A DNA stretch of 64,000 bases from NCBI RefSeq assembly GCF_003334355.1, contig NZ_QOWP01000014.1; one strand, written 5' to 3'. The DNA is from Escherichia coli (lineage in GTDB: Bacteria > Pseudomonadota > Gammaproteobacteria > Enterobacterales > Enterobacteriaceae). Below are positions 43,822 through 57,434 of the stretch, in pieces. The number at the start of each line of letters is the position of its first letter. The first letter of the stretch is position 1. The notes under the pieces were generated by a model that saw only the letters and a list, made by a program, of their open reading frames with translations, was not told the DNA's origin and ran no database searches. The position numbers and the translations under genes are program-made.

Positions 43822-44586
43822 CTAAACCCCAACCACTTTACGCAAAATATCGATATACACCGGCATCAACGGGTGGCGAATTAACACCACCAGCGCCACC
43901 ACGCCGATGGCAGAAATCAACGGCGTCAGCCACAACAAACGGCCGCGCGACAAATAATGACTTAAACGATCGGTTGCTTTACCGCTGCGCCATAACCGCC
44001 AGCACAGCCAGCCACCAACCCACAAAAATACCGCCGTCGCCAGCAGCAACCATTTAAACTCGCCGCTCTGCATTCCGGCTGGAATATCGATCGCCGCGCC
44101 CGCCAGAATCCCAGGCAGGAAGTAAAACGGTGGCCACAGCAGGCAGCCGATAATATTCGGCGTAATGAATTTTGCCACCGGCAGATCCAGCATTCCCGCC
44201 ACCATTGGCACCAGCGGACGCGTCGGGCCAACAAAGCGACCGACCAGAATGGTGAACATGCTGTGTTGATGCAACGCATGTTCAGTTTTATCGAGTAATG
44301 CTTTGTTTTTCTTCAGAAATGACCAGCGATGCAACGGCTTTTTAAAACGCCAGCCCAGCCAGAAGGAGATCCAGTCGCCCAGCAGACAACCGACAATCCC
44401 TGCCAGCCAGGCGTGCCAGAAACTTAACTCGCCGCTGCCAATCAGCGCTCCCAGCCCCGCCATCAGCACCGTACCGGGTAGAATCAAACCGACCAGCGCC
44501 AGCGACTCCAGAAAGGCCACCAACACCACCGCCATCAATGAATACACGGTAGATTGGGTAATAAAGTGTTCCAGCAATGCTTGCAT
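43822..44586 (-). CDS. yabI: DedA-family inner membrane protein YabI
   Basis: 254-aa ORF; multi-TM DedA/SNARE-associated family; downstream of araC. Confidence 0.92.
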   Translation of the reverse strand: MQALLEHFITQSTVYSLMAVVLVAFLESLALVGLILPGTVLMAGLGALIGSGELSFWHAWLAGIVGCLLGDWISFWLGWRFKKPLHRWSFLKKNKALLDKTEHALHQHSMFTILVGRFVGPTRPLVPMVAGMLDLPVAKFITPNIIGCLLWPPFYFLPGILAGAAIDIPAGMQSGEFKWLLLATAVFLWVGGWLCWRLWRSGKATDRLSHYLSRGRLLWLTPLISAIGVVALVVLIRHPLMPVYIDILRKVVGV

Positions 44587-44671
44587 AATGTGCCTGTCAA
44601 ATGGACGAAGCAGGGATTCTGCAAACCCTATGCTACTCCGTCAAGCCGTCAATTGTCTGATTCGTTACCAA

Positions 44672-45550
44672 TTATGACAACTTGACGGCTACATCATTCA
44701 CTTTTTCTTCACAACCGGCACGGAACTCGCTCGGGCTGGCCCCGGTGCATTTTTTAAATACCCGCGAGAAATAGAGTTGATCGTCAAAACCAACATTGCG
44801 ACCGACGGTGGCGATAGGCATCCGGGTGGTGCTCAAAAGCAGCTTCGCCTGGCTGATACGTTGGTCCTCGCGCCAGCTTAAGACGCTAATCCCTAACTGC
44901 TGGCGGAAAAGATGTGACAGACGCGACGGCGACAAGCAAACATGCTGTGCGACGCTGGCGATATCAAAATTGCTGTCTGCCAGGTGATCGCTGATGTACT
45001 GACAAGCCTCGCGTACCCGATTATCCATCGGTGGATGGAGCGACTCGTTAATCGCTTCCATGCGCCGCAGTAACAATTGCTCAAGCAGATTTATCGCCAG
45101 CAGCTCCGAATAGCGCCCTTCCCCTTGCCCGGCGTTAATGATTTGCCCAAACAGGTCGCTGAAATGCGGCTGGTGCGCTTCATCCGGGCGAAAGAACCCC
45201 GTATTGGCAAATATTGACGGCCAGTTAAGCCATTCATGCCAGTAGGCGCGCGGACGAAAGTAAACCCACTGGTGATACCATTCGCGAGCCTCCGGATGAC
45301 GACCGTAGTGATGAATCTCTCCTGGCGGGAACAGCAAAATATCACCCGGTCGGCAAACAAATTCTCGTCCCTGATTTTTCACCACCCCCTGACCGCGAAT
45401 GGTGAGATTGAGAATATAACCTTTCATTCCCAGCGGTCGGTCGATAAAAAAATCGAGATAACCGTTGGCCTCAATCGGCGTTAAACCCGCCACCAGATGG
45501 GCATTAAACGAGTATCCCGGCAGCAGGGGATCATTTTGCGCTTCAGCCAT
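44672..45550 (-). CDS. araC: Arabinose operon regulator AraC
   Basis: 292 aa from internal ATG ([35 protein letters not shown]...); AraC/XylS C-terminal HTH; track ORF has 17-codon upstream extension. Confidence 0.97.
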
Positions 45551-47589
<2,039 letters not shown>

Positions 47590-47599
47590 GGACACGATA

Positions 47600-49102
47600 A
47601 TGACGATTTTTGATAATTATGAAGTGTGGTTTGTCATTGGCAGCCAGCATCTGTATGGCCCGGAAACCCTGCGTCAGGTCACCCAACATGCCGAGCACGT
47701 TGTTAATGCGCTGAATACGGAAGCGAAACTGCCCTGCAAACTGGTGTTGAAACCGCTGGGCACCACGCCGGATGAAATCACCGCTATTTGCCGCGACGCG
47801 AATTACGACGATCGTTGCGCTGGTCTGGTGGTGTGGCTGCACACCTTCTCCCCGGCCAAAATGTGGATCAACGGCCTGACCATGCTCAACAAACCGTTGC
47901 TGCAATTCCACACCCAGTTCAACGCGGCGCTGCCGTGGGACAGTATCGATATGGACTTTATGAACCTGAACCAGACTGCACATGGCGGTCGCGAGTTCGG
48001 CTTCATTGGCGCGCGTATGCGTCAGCAACATGCCGTCGTTACCGGTCACTGGCAGGATAAACAAGCCCATGAGCGTATCGGCTCCTGGATGCGTCAGGCG
48101 GTTTCTAAACAGGATACCCGTCATCTGAAAGTCTGCCGTTTTGGCGATAACATGCGTGAAGTGGCGGTCACCGATGGTGATAAAGTTGCCGCACAGATCA
48201 AGTTCGGTTTCTCCGTCAATACCTGGGCGGTTGGCGATCTGGTGCAGGTGGTGAACTCCATCAGCGACGGCGATGTTAACGCGCTGGTCGATGAGTACGA
48301 AAGCTGCTACACCATGACGCCTGCAACACAAATCCACGGCGAAAAACGACAGAACGTGCTGGAAGCGGCGCGTATTGAGCTGGGGATGAAGCGTTTCCTG
48401 GAACAAGGTGGCTTCCACGCGTTCACCACCACCTTTGAAGATTTGCACGGTCTGAAACAGCTTCCAGGTCTGGCCGTACAGCGTCTGATGCAGCAGGGTT
48501 ACGGCTTTGCGGGCGAAGGCGACTGGAAAACCGCCGCCCTGCTTCGCATCATGAAGGTGATGTCAACCGGTCTGCAGGGCGGCACCTCCTTTATGGAGGA
48601 CTACACCTATCACTTCGAGAAAGGTAATGACCTGGTGCTCGGCTCCCATATGCTGGAAGTCTGCCCGTCGATTGCCGTAGAAGAGAAACCGATCCTCGAC
48701 GTTCAGCATCTCGGTATTGGTGGTAAGGACGATCCTGCCCGACTGATCTTCAATACCCAAACCGGTCCAGCGATTGTCGCCAGCCTGATTGATCTCGGCG
48801 ATCGTTACCGTCTGCTGGTTAACTGTATCGACACGGTGAAAACACCGCACTCCCTGCCGAAACTGCCGGTGGCGAATGCGCTGTGGAAAGCGCAACCGGA
48901 TCTGCCAACTGCTTCCGAAGCGTGGATCCTCGCTGGTGGCGCGCACCATACCGTCTTCAGCCATGCGCTGAACCTCAACGATATGCGCCAGTTCGCCGAG
49001 ATGCACGACATTGAAATCACGGTGATTGATAACGACACCCGCCTGCCAGCGTTTAAAGACGCACTGCGCTGGAACGAAGTGTATTACGGATTTCGTCGCT
49101 AA
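47600..49102 (+). CDS. araA: L-arabinose isomerase
   Basis: 500 aa from internal ATG ([20 protein letters not shown]...). Confidence 0.97.
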
Positions 49103-49105
49103 GTA

Positions 49106-49375
49106 GCCGCATCAGGTATGTAACGCCTGATGCGATGCTGGCGCGTCTTATCAGGCCTACACGTTGCGATTTTGTAGGCCGGATAAGCAAACCGCATCCG
49201 GCATTCAACGCCTGATGCGACGCTGGCGCGTCTTATCAGGCCTACGCGTTCCGATTTTGTAGGCCGGATAAGCAAAGCGCATCCGGCATTCAACGCCTGA
49301 TGCGACGCTGGCGCGTCTTATCAGGCCTACACGCTGCGATTTTGTAGGCCGGATAAGCAAAGCGCATCCGGCACG
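49106..49375. repeat. Tandem BIME array: three copies of an about 85-bp REP-containing unit between araA and araD
   Basis: Unit cgcctgatgcgacgctggcgcgtcttatcaggcctac..cgattttgtaggccggataagcaaagcgcatccggcattcaa repeats with 85-bp period (motif gcgcgtctta at 49141, 49226, 49311). Confidence 0.92.
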
Positions 49376-49386
49376 AAGGAGTCAAC

Positions 49387-50082
49387 ATGTTAGAAGATCT
49401 CAAACGCCAGGTATTAGAAGCCAACCTGGCGCTGCCAAAACACAACCTGGTCACGCTCACATGGGGCAACGTCAGCGCCGTTGATCGCGAGCGCGGCGTC
49501 TTTGTGATCAAACCTTCCGGCGTCGATTACAGCGTCATGACCGCTGACGATATGGTCGTGGTTAGCATCGAAACCGGTGAAGTGGTTGAAGGTACGAAAA
49601 AGCCCTCCTCCGACACGCCAACTCACCGGCTGCTCTATCAGGCATTCCCCTCCATTGGCGGCATTGTGCATACGCACTCGCGCCACGCCACCATCTGGGC
49701 GCAGGCGGGTCAGTCGATTCCAGCAACCGGCACCACCCACGCCGACTATTTCTACGGCACCATTCCCTGCACCCGCAAAATGACCGACGCAGAAATCAAC
49801 GGCGAATATGAGTGGGAAACCGGTAACGTCATCGTAGAAACCTTTGAAAAACAGGGTATCGATGCAGCGCAAATGCCCGGCGTTCTGGTCCATTCCCACG
49901 GCCCGTTTGCATGGGGCAAAAATGCCGAAGATGCGGTGCATAACGCCATCGTGCTGGAAGAGGTCGCTTATATGGGGATATTCTGCCGTCAGTTAGCGCC
50001 GCAGTTACCGGATATGCAGCAAACGCTGCTGGATAAACACTATCTGCGTAAGCATGGCGCGAAGGCATATTACGGGCAGTAA
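49387..50082 (+). CDS. araD: L-ribulose-5-phosphate 4-epimerase
   Basis: 231-aa ORF; class II aldolase/adducin fold; RBS aggag just upstream. Confidence 0.97.
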   Translation: MLEDLKRQVLEANLALPKHNLVTLTWGNVSAVDRERGVFVIKPSGVDYSVMTADDMVVVSIETGEVVEGTKKPSSDTPTHRLLYQAFPSIGGIVHTHSRHATIWAQAGQSIPATGTTHADYFYGTIPCTRKMTDAEINGEYEWETGNVIVETFEKQGIDAAQMPGVLVHSHGPFAWGKNAEDAVHNAIVLEEVAYMGIFCRQLAPQLPDMQQTLLDKHYLRKHGAKAYYGQ

Positions 50083-50085
50083 TGA

Positions 50086-50101
50086 CTGTATAAAACCACA
50101 G
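50086..50101 (+). promoter_or_regulatory. LexA (SOS) box upstream of polB
   Basis: ctgtataaaaccacag fits CTGT-N8-ACAG LexA consensus; 55 nt upstream of polB GTG start. Confidence 0.85.
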
Positions 50102-50112
50102 CCAATCAAACG

Positions 50113-50143
50113 AAACCAGGCTATACTCAAGCCTGGTTTTTGA
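50113..50143 (+). terminator. araBAD intrinsic terminator hairpin (overlaps putative polB -10)
   Basis: aaaccaggc-tatactcaa-gcctggttt followed by tt; 30 nt after araD stop. Confidence 0.7.
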
Positions 50144-50155
50144 TGGATTTTCAGC

Positions 50156-52507
50156 GTGGCGCAGGCAGGTTTTATCTTAACCCGACACTGGCGGGACACC
50201 CCGCAAGGGACAGAAGTCTCCTTCTGGCTGGCGACGGACAACGGGCCGTTGCAGGTTACGCTTGCACCGCAAGAGTCCGTGGCGTTTATTCCCGCCGATC
50301 AGGTTCCCCGCGCTCAGCATATTTTGCAGGGTGAACAAGGCTTTCGCCTGACACCGCTGGCGTTAAAGGATTTTCACCGCCAGCCGGTGTATGGCCTTTA
50401 CTGTCGCGCCCATCGCCAATTGATGAATTACGAAAAGCGCCTGCGTGAAGGTGGCGTTACCGTCTACGAGGCCGATGTGCGTCCGCCAGAACGCTATCTG
50501 ATGGAGCGGTTTATCACCTCACCGGTGTGGGTCGAGGGTGATATGCACAATGGCACTATCGTTAATGCCCGTCTGAAACCGCATCCCGACTATCGTCCGC
50601 CGCTCAAGTGGGTTTCTATAGATATTGAAACCACCCGCCACGGTGAGCTGTACTGCATCGGCCTGGAAGGCTGCGGGCAGCGCATCGTTTATATGCTGGG
50701 GCCGGAGAATGGCGACGCCTCCTCGCTTGATTTCGAACTGGAATACGTCGCCAGCCGCCCGCAGTTGCTGGAAAAACTCAACGCCTGGTTTGCCAACTAC
50801 GATCCTGATGTGATCATCGGTTGGAACGTGGTGCAGTTCGATCTGCGAATGCTGCAAAAACATGCCGAGCGTTACCGTCTTCCGCTGCGTCTTGGGCGCG
50901 ATAATAGCGAGCTGGAGTGGCGCGAGCACGGCTTTAAAAACGGCGTCTTTTTTGCCCAGGCTAAAGGTCGGCTAATTATCGACGGTATCGAGGCGCTGAA
51001 ATCCGCGTTCTGGAATTTCTCTTCATTCTCGCTGGAAACTGTCGCTCAGGAGCTATTAGGCGAAGGAAAATCTATCGATAACCCGTGGGATCGAATGGAC
51101 GAAATTGACCGCCGTTTCGCCGAAGATAAACCTGCGCTGGCAACTTATAACCTGAAAGATTGCGAGCTGGTGACGCAGATCTTCCACAAAACTGAAATCA
51201 TGCCATTTTTACTCGAACGGGCAACGGTGAACGGCCTGCCGGTGGACCGACACGGCGGTTCGGTGGCGGCATTTGGTCATCTCTATTTTCCGCGAATGCA
51301 TCGCGCTGGTTATGTCGCGCCTAATCTCGGCGAAGTGCCGCCGCACGCCAGCCCTGGCGGCTACGTGATGGATTCACGGCCAGGGCTTTATGATTCAGTG
51401 CTGGTGCTGGACTATAAAAGCCTGTACCCGTCGATCATCCGCACCTTTCTGATTGATCCCGTCGGGCTGGTGGAAGGCATGGCGCAGCCTGATCCAGAGC
51501 ACAGTACCGAAGGTTTTCTCGATGCCTGGTTCTCGCGAGAAAAACATTGCCTGCCGGAGATTGTGACTAACATCTGGCACGGGCGCGATGAAGCCAAACG
51601 CCAGGATAACAAACCGCTGTCGCAGGCGCTGAAAATCATCATGAATGCCTTTTATGGCGTGCTCGGCACCACCGCCTGCCGCTTCTTCGATCCGCGGCTG
51701 GCATCGTCGATCACCATGCGTGGTCATCAGATCATGCGGCAAACCAAAGCGTTGATTGAAGCACAGGGCTACGACGTTATCTACGGCGATACCGACTCAA
51801 CGTTTGTCTGGCTGAAAGGCGCACATTCGGAAGAAGAAGCGGCGAAAATCGGTCGTGCACTGGTGCAGCACGTTAACGCCTGGTGGGCGGAAACGCTGCA
51901 AAAACAACGGCTGACCAGCGCATTAGAACTGGAGTATGAAACCCATTTCTGCCGTTTTCTGATGCCAACCATTCGCGGAGCCGATACCGGCAGTAAAAAG
52001 CGTTATGCCGGACTGATTCAGGAGGGCGACAAGCAGCGGATGGTGTTTAAAGGGCTGGAAACCGTGCGCACCGACTGGACGCCGCTGGCCCAGCAGTTTC
52101 AGCAGGAGCTATACCTGCGCATCTTCCGCAACGAGCCATATCAGGAATATGTACGCGAAACCATCGACAAACTGATGGCGGGTGAACTGGATGCGCGACT
52201 GGTTTACCGTAAACGCCTTCGCCGTCCGCTGAGCCAGTATCAGCGTAATGTGCCGCCTCATGTACGCGCCGCTCGCCTTGCCGATGAAGAAAACCAAAAG
52301 CGTGGTCGCCCCTTGCAATATCAGAATCGCGGCACCATTAAGTACGTATGGACCACCAACGGCCCGGAGCCGCTGGACTACCAACGTTCACCACTGGATT
52401 ACGAACACTATCTGACCCGCCAGCTACAACCCGTGGCGGAGGGAATACTCCCTTTTATTGAGGATAATTTTGCTACACTTATGACCGGGCAACTTGGGCT
52501 ATTTTGA
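50156..52507 (+). CDS. polB: DNA polymerase II (B-family)
   Basis: 783-aa ORF from GTG; exonuclease motif DIETT and polymerase motif YGDTDS. Confidence 0.97.
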   Translation: MAQAGFILTRHWRDTPQGTEVSFWLATDNGPLQVTLAPQESVAFIPADQVPRAQHILQGEQGFRLTPLALKDFHRQPVYGLYCRAHRQLMNYEKRLREGGVTVYEADVRPPERYLMERFITSPVWVEGDMHNGTIVNARLKPHPDYRPPLKWVSIDIETTRHGELYCIGLEGCGQRIVYMLGPENGDASSLDFELEYVASRPQLLEKLNAWFANYDPDVIIGWNVVQFDLRMLQKHAERYRLPLRLGRDNSELEWREHGFKNGVFFAQAKGRLIIDGIEALKSAFWNFSSFSLETVAQELLGEGKSIDNPWDRMDEIDRRFAEDKPALATYNLKDCELVTQIFHKTEIMPFLLERATVNGLPVDRHGGSVAAFGHLYFPRMHRAGYVAPNLGEVPPHASPGGYVMDSRPGLYDSVLVLDYKSLYPSIIRTFLIDPVGLVEGMAQPDPEHSTEGFLDAWFSREKHCLPEIVTNIWHGRDEAKRQDNKPLSQALKIIMNAFYGVLGTTACRFFDPRLASSITMRGHQIMRQTKALIEAQGYDVIYGDTDSTFVWLKGAHSEEEAAKIGRALVQHVNAWWAETLQKQRLTSALELEYETHFCRFLMPTIRGADTGSKKRYAGLIQEGDKQRMVFKGLETVRTDWTPLAQQFQQELYLRIFRNEPYQEYVRETIDKLMAGELDARLVYRKRLRRPLSQYQRNVPPHVRAARLADEENQKRGRPLQYQNRGTIKYVWTTNGPEPLDYQRSPLDYEHYLTRQLQPVAEGILPFIEDNFATLMTGQLGLF

Positions 52508-52671
52508 GCAAAAAAAAGAGTTCGCCAGATACCATTTTGATGCGTGACGAATGCTTTGCCATCCAGTACCATAGCGCCCTTTCCATTCCTGGACCTGAAT
52601 AACACCACTACCTCATAAGCACGGTAGCGGGTGGTTATTGCCTGCAATTAAAGATATAGAGCCGAACACAT

Positions 52672-55578
52672 ATGCCTTTTACACTTGGTCAACGCTGGAT
52701 CAGCGATACAGAAAGCGAATTGGGACTTGGAACCGTTGTCGCGGTGGATGCGCGAACTGTCACTTTACTTTTCCCATCTACTGGTGAAAACCGTCTGTAC
52801 GCACGCAGTGATTCCCCCGTGACCCGCGTGATGTTCAACCCTGGTGATACCATTACCAGCCATGACGGCTGGCAGATGCAAGTCGAAGAAGTAAAAGAAG
52901 AAAATGGCTTGCTGACCTATATCGGTACTCGCCTGGATACTGAAGAGTCCGGCGTAGCCCTGCGTGAAGTTTTCCTTGATAGCAAACTGGTGTTCAGCAA
53001 ACCGCAGGACCGTCTGTTTGCCGGGCAGATTGACCGTATGGACCGCTTTGCGCTGCGTTATCGCGCGCGTAAATATTCCAGCGAACAGTTCCGTATGCCG
53101 TACAGCGGCCTGCGCGGTCAGCGTACCAGCCTGATCCCGCATCAGCTCAACATCGCTCATGATGTTGGTCGCCGCCACGCGCCGCGCGTCCTGCTGGCTG
53201 ACGAAGTGGGTTTAGGGAAAACCATTGAAGCCGGGATGATCCTGCATCAGCAACTGCTCTCTGGCGCTGCTGAACGTGTGCTAATTATCGTCCCGGAAAC
53301 CTTACAGCATCAGTGGCTGGTAGAAATGCTGCGCCGTTTCAACCTGCGCTTTGCGCTATTTGATGATGAGCGTTATGCCGAAGCTCAGCACGATGCTTAC
53401 AACCCGTTTGACACCGAACAGCTGGTGATTTGCTCGCTGGATTTTGCCCGTCGTAGCAAACAGCGCCTGGAACATCTCTGTGAAGCCGAATGGGACCTGC
53501 TGGTGGTCGATGAAGCGCATCACCTGGTGTGGAGCGAAGATGCGCCAAGCCGTGAATATCAGGCCATTGAACAACTGGCAGAGCACGTGCCGGGCGTTCT
53601 GCTGCTGACCGCGACCCCGGAACAGCTGGGGATGGAAAGCCACTTCGCCCGTCTGCGTCTGCTGGACCCGAACCGTTTCCACGATTTTGCGCAGTTCGTT
53701 GAAGAGCAGAAAAATTATCGTCCGGTTGCGGACGCCGTTGCCATGCTGCTGGCAGGTAACAAACTGAGCAATGACGAACTGAACATGCTCGGCGAGATGA
53801 TCGGCGAGCAGGATATCGAGCCGCTGTTGCAAGCAGCAAACAGCGACAGCGAAGATGCCCAGAGCGCCCGTCAGGAACTGGTTTCGATGCTGATGGATCG
53901 CCACGGCACCAGCCGCGTGCTGTTCCGTAACACCCGTAACGGTGTGAAAGGATTCCCGAAACGCGAGCTGCACACCATTAAGCTGCCGCTACCGACGCAG
54001 TATCAGACGGCTATTAAAGTCTCCGGCATTATGGGCGCACGTAAAAGTGCGGAAGATCGTGCTCGCGATATGCTCTACCCGGAGCGTATTTATCAGGAAT
54101 TTGAAGGTGATAACGCCACCTGGTGGAACTTCGATCCGCGCGTTGAGTGGCTGATGGGCTACCTGACCAGCCATCGCTCTCAGAAAGTGCTGGTGATCTG
54201 CGCTAAAGCTGCCACTGCGCTGCAACTGGAGCAAGTACTGCGCGAACGTGAAGGTATCCGCGCTGCTGTGTTCCACGAAGGCATGTCGATTATTGAGCGT
54301 GACCGCGCTGCCGCCTGGTTTGCTGAAGAAGACACCGGCGCACAGGTACTGCTGTGCTCGGAAATCGGTTCTGAAGGACGTAACTTCCAGTTCGCCAGCC
54401 ACATGGTGATGTTTGACCTGCCATTCAACCCGGATCTACTGGAGCAGCGTATTGGTCGTCTGGATCGTATCGGCCAGGCGCACGATATTCAGATCCATGT
54501 GCCTTATCTGGAGAAAACCGCTCAGTCGGTGCTGGTGCGCTGGTATCACGAAGGTCTGGATGCATTTGAGCACACCTGCCCGACCGGACGCACTATTTAC
54601 GATAGCGTATACAACGATCTGATTAACTATCTGGCTTCACCGGATCAAACCGAAGGCTTTGACGATCTGATCAAAAACTGCCGCGAGCAACATGAAGCGC
54701 TGAAAGCACAGCTGGAACAGGGTCGTGACCGCCTGCTGGAAATCCACTCCAACGGTGGCGAAAAAGCCCAGGCACTGGCAGAAAGCATTGAAGAGCAGGA
54801 TGACGATACCAACCTGATCGCCTTCGCCATGAACCTGTTCGATATTATCGGTATCAATCAGGACGATCGCGGCGACAACATGATCGTGCTGACGCCGTCC
54901 GATCATATGCTGGTGCCGGACTTCCCTGGCCTGTCGGAAGATGGCATCACCATCACCTTTGATCGTGAAGTGGCGCTGGCGCGTGAAGATGCACAGTTTA
55001 TTACCTGGGAGCATCCGCTGATCCGCAACGGTCTGGATCTGATCCTTTCTGGCGATACCGGTAGCAGCACGATTTCACTGTTAAAAAACAAAGCGTTGCC
55101 GGTAGGTACGCTGTTGGTGGAACTGATTTATGTGGTTGAAGCCCAGGCTCCGAAGCAGTTGCAGCTCAACCGCTTCCTGCCACCGACGCCGGTACGTATG
55201 CTGCTGGATAAAAACGGCAACAACCTGGCGGCGCAGGTAGAGTTTGAAACCTTTAACCGCCAGCTTAACGCGGTTAACCGTCACACCGGCAGCAAACTGG
55301 TTAACGCCGTGCAGCAGGATGTTCACGCTATCCTTCAACTGGGTGAAGCGCAGATCGAGAAATCTGCCCGTGCATTGATTGATGCAGCGCGTAACGAAGC
55401 CGACGAAAAACTGTCTGCCGAGCTGTCTCGTCTGGAAGCTCTGCGTGCAGTGAACCCGAACATTCGTGACGACGAACTGACCGCCATTGAGAGCAACCGT
55501 CAGCAGGTAATGGAAAGCCTGGATCAGGCAGGTTGGCGTCTGGATGCCCTGCGTTTGATCGTTGTAACGCATCAGTAA
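52672..55578 (+). CDS. rapA: RNA polymerase-associated SWI2/SNF2 ATPase RapA (HepA)
   Basis: 968-aa ORF; helicase motifs DEVGLGKT and DEAHH. Confidence 0.97.
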
Positions 55579-55589
55579 CGGAGCCGAAA

Positions 55590-56249
55590 ATGGGGATGGA
55601 AAACTACAATCCACCGCAGGAACCCTGGTTGGTTATCCTGTATCAGGATGACCATATTATGGTGGTCAACAAGCCGAGCGGTTTGTTGTCAGTGCCGGGT
55701 CGTCTGGAAGAGCACAAAGACAGCGTGATGACGCGCATTCAGCGTGATTATCCGCAGGCAGAATCGGTGCATCGTCTGGATATGGCTACCAGCGGCGTGA
55801 TTGTAGTGGCGCTGACCAAAGCCGCGGAGCGGGAGTTAAAACGCCAGTTCCGCGAGCGCGAGCCGAAAAAGCAGTATGTGGCCCGCGTCTGGGGGCATCC
55901 ATCCCCCGCAGAAGGTCTGGTGGATCTGCCGCTGATTTGCGACTGGCCAAACCGCCCGAAACAGAAAGTCTGTTACGAAACGGGTAAACCTGCGCAGACG
56001 GAATATGAAGTGGTGGAGTATGCGGCGGATAACACGGCAAGAGTGGTGTTAAAACCGATTACCGGGCGTTCGCATCAATTGCGTGTGCATATGCTGGCGC
56101 TGGGGCATCCGATTCTCGGCGATCGTTTTTATGCATCACCAGAAGCGAGAGCGATGGCACCGCGTTTGTTGCTACATGCAGAGATGTTGACGATTACCCA
56201 TCCGGCGTATGGCAATAGTATGACGTTTAAAGCGCCAGCGGATTTTTAA
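55590..56249 (+). CDS. rluA: 23S rRNA/tRNA pseudouridine synthase RluA
   Basis: 219 aa from internal ATG (MGMENYNPPQEPWLVILYQDDHIMVVNKPSGLLSVPG...); RluA-family catalytic motif HRLDMATSGV. Confidence 0.95.
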   Translation: MGMENYNPPQEPWLVILYQDDHIMVVNKPSGLLSVPGRLEEHKDSVMTRIQRDYPQAESVHRLDMATSGVIVVALTKAAERELKRQFREREPKKQYVARVWGHPSPAEGLVDLPLICDWPNRPKQKVCYETGKPAQTEYEVVEYAADNTARVVLKPITGRSHQLRVHMLALGHPILGDRFYASPEARAMAPRLLLHAEMLTITHPAYGNSMTFKAPADF

Positions 56250-56261
56250 TCGTCACGCTGG

Positions 56262-56356
56262 CGCAGTTCGGTAGGCGGATAAGGCGTTCACGCCGCATCC
56301 GGCAATTGTGCGCCGATTGCCTGATGCGACGCGGCCGCGTCTTATCAGGCCTACAG
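56262..56356. repeat. REP pair between convergent rluA and djlA
   Basis: gcggataaggcgttcacgccgcatccggca and gcctgatgcgacgcggccgcgtcttatcaggcctac REP motifs. Confidence 0.88.
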
Positions 56357-56364
56357 TTTAAAAC

Positions 56365-57180
56365 TTATTTAAACCCTTTCTGCTGCTTTATCAGCTCATA
56401 TGCCTGCTGAATTTCCTGCGCTTTCTGCTTCGCCATCTCCATCATCTCAGGCGGCAAACCTTTCGCCACCAGCTTATCGGGATGGTGTTCACTCATCAGC
56501 TTACGGTAGGCACGTTTGATGGTGGTCGCATCATCCGTCGGCTTCACGCCCAGCACATTACAGGCATCTTCCAGCGTCGGGCCACGCTGCGCTTGCTGCC
56601 AGTTACCACCGCCAGATTGCTGCTGATAACCGCCGCCAAACTGTGCACCGCCCTGCATCATGCGCAAAAACTGGTCAAACTGGGCGCGGGAGATCCCTAA
56701 TTCTTCAGCAATGACATACAGCACCGCCCGTTCATTCGGGTGCAGTGAACCATCAGCAAACGCCGCCTGAATCTGGATCTCCAGAAACATACGAATTAAG
56801 TCAAAACGACCAAAGCAGACACTGCGAAACTGGCGCATCTTTTCGCGCAGCGGGTAATTGTCTGATTTTCCCACCCGGAACGCATTTTGCGCCGCAGTAC
56901 GGGAAGCGCCATGAAGATTCATTCGGTCCATCAACTGGCTGGCGATATGAATATCAGCCTCCGTGACGCGACCTTTGGATTTGGTTAAATGCCCCATCAC
57001 TTCAAAAGTGGTGGCAAAAAACAGCGCCTGACGCTCACGCTGGTTGGCGAACCACGCCATTTTACGGCTACGGGCTTTATCAAACATATGGCCAATTAAC
57101 AGGCCTAACACTACGCCCCAAAAGCCGCCGCCCATCAGTAAGGCCACGGCCACGCCAATGATTTTTCCCCAATACTGCAT
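56365..57180 (-). CDS. djlA: Membrane-anchored DnaJ-like co-chaperone DjlA
   Basis: 271 aa from internal ATG ([19 protein letters not shown]...); C-terminal J-domain with HPD motif ([13 protein letters not shown]). Confidence 0.95.
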   Translation of the reverse strand: MQYWGKIIGVAVALLMGGGFWGVVLGLLIGHMFDKARSRKMAWFANQRERQALFFATTFEVMGHLTKSKGRVTEADIHIASQLMDRMNLHGASRTAAQNAFRVGKSDNYPLREKMRQFRSVCFGRFDLIRMFLEIQIQAAFADGSLHPNERAVLYVIAEELGISRAQFDQFLRMMQGGAQFGGGYQQQSGGGNWQQAQRGPTLEDACNVLGVKPTDDATTIKRAYRKLMSEHHPDKLVAKGLPPEMMEMAKQKAQEIQQAYELIKQQKGFK

Positions 57181-57434
57181 ATATTCCCCAAATCGACACA
57201 CGGATATCAGGGCTATCTCCCACAATATAAAGGTGCTTTTACCGTTTTCCGGCTGCGGTCAATTGTGGGACATCGCCTATAATTTGCATTATCATACCTG
57301 TCATTCAATGCCGTGCCTAACACCACTGACGCTATTCGGACAGGATTAACACTAGCGTAGAGATGACGAGTACGTTAGTCTCTGACCGTTTGTCACGCGC
57401 AACGTTACCGATGATGGAACAATAAAATCAACGT

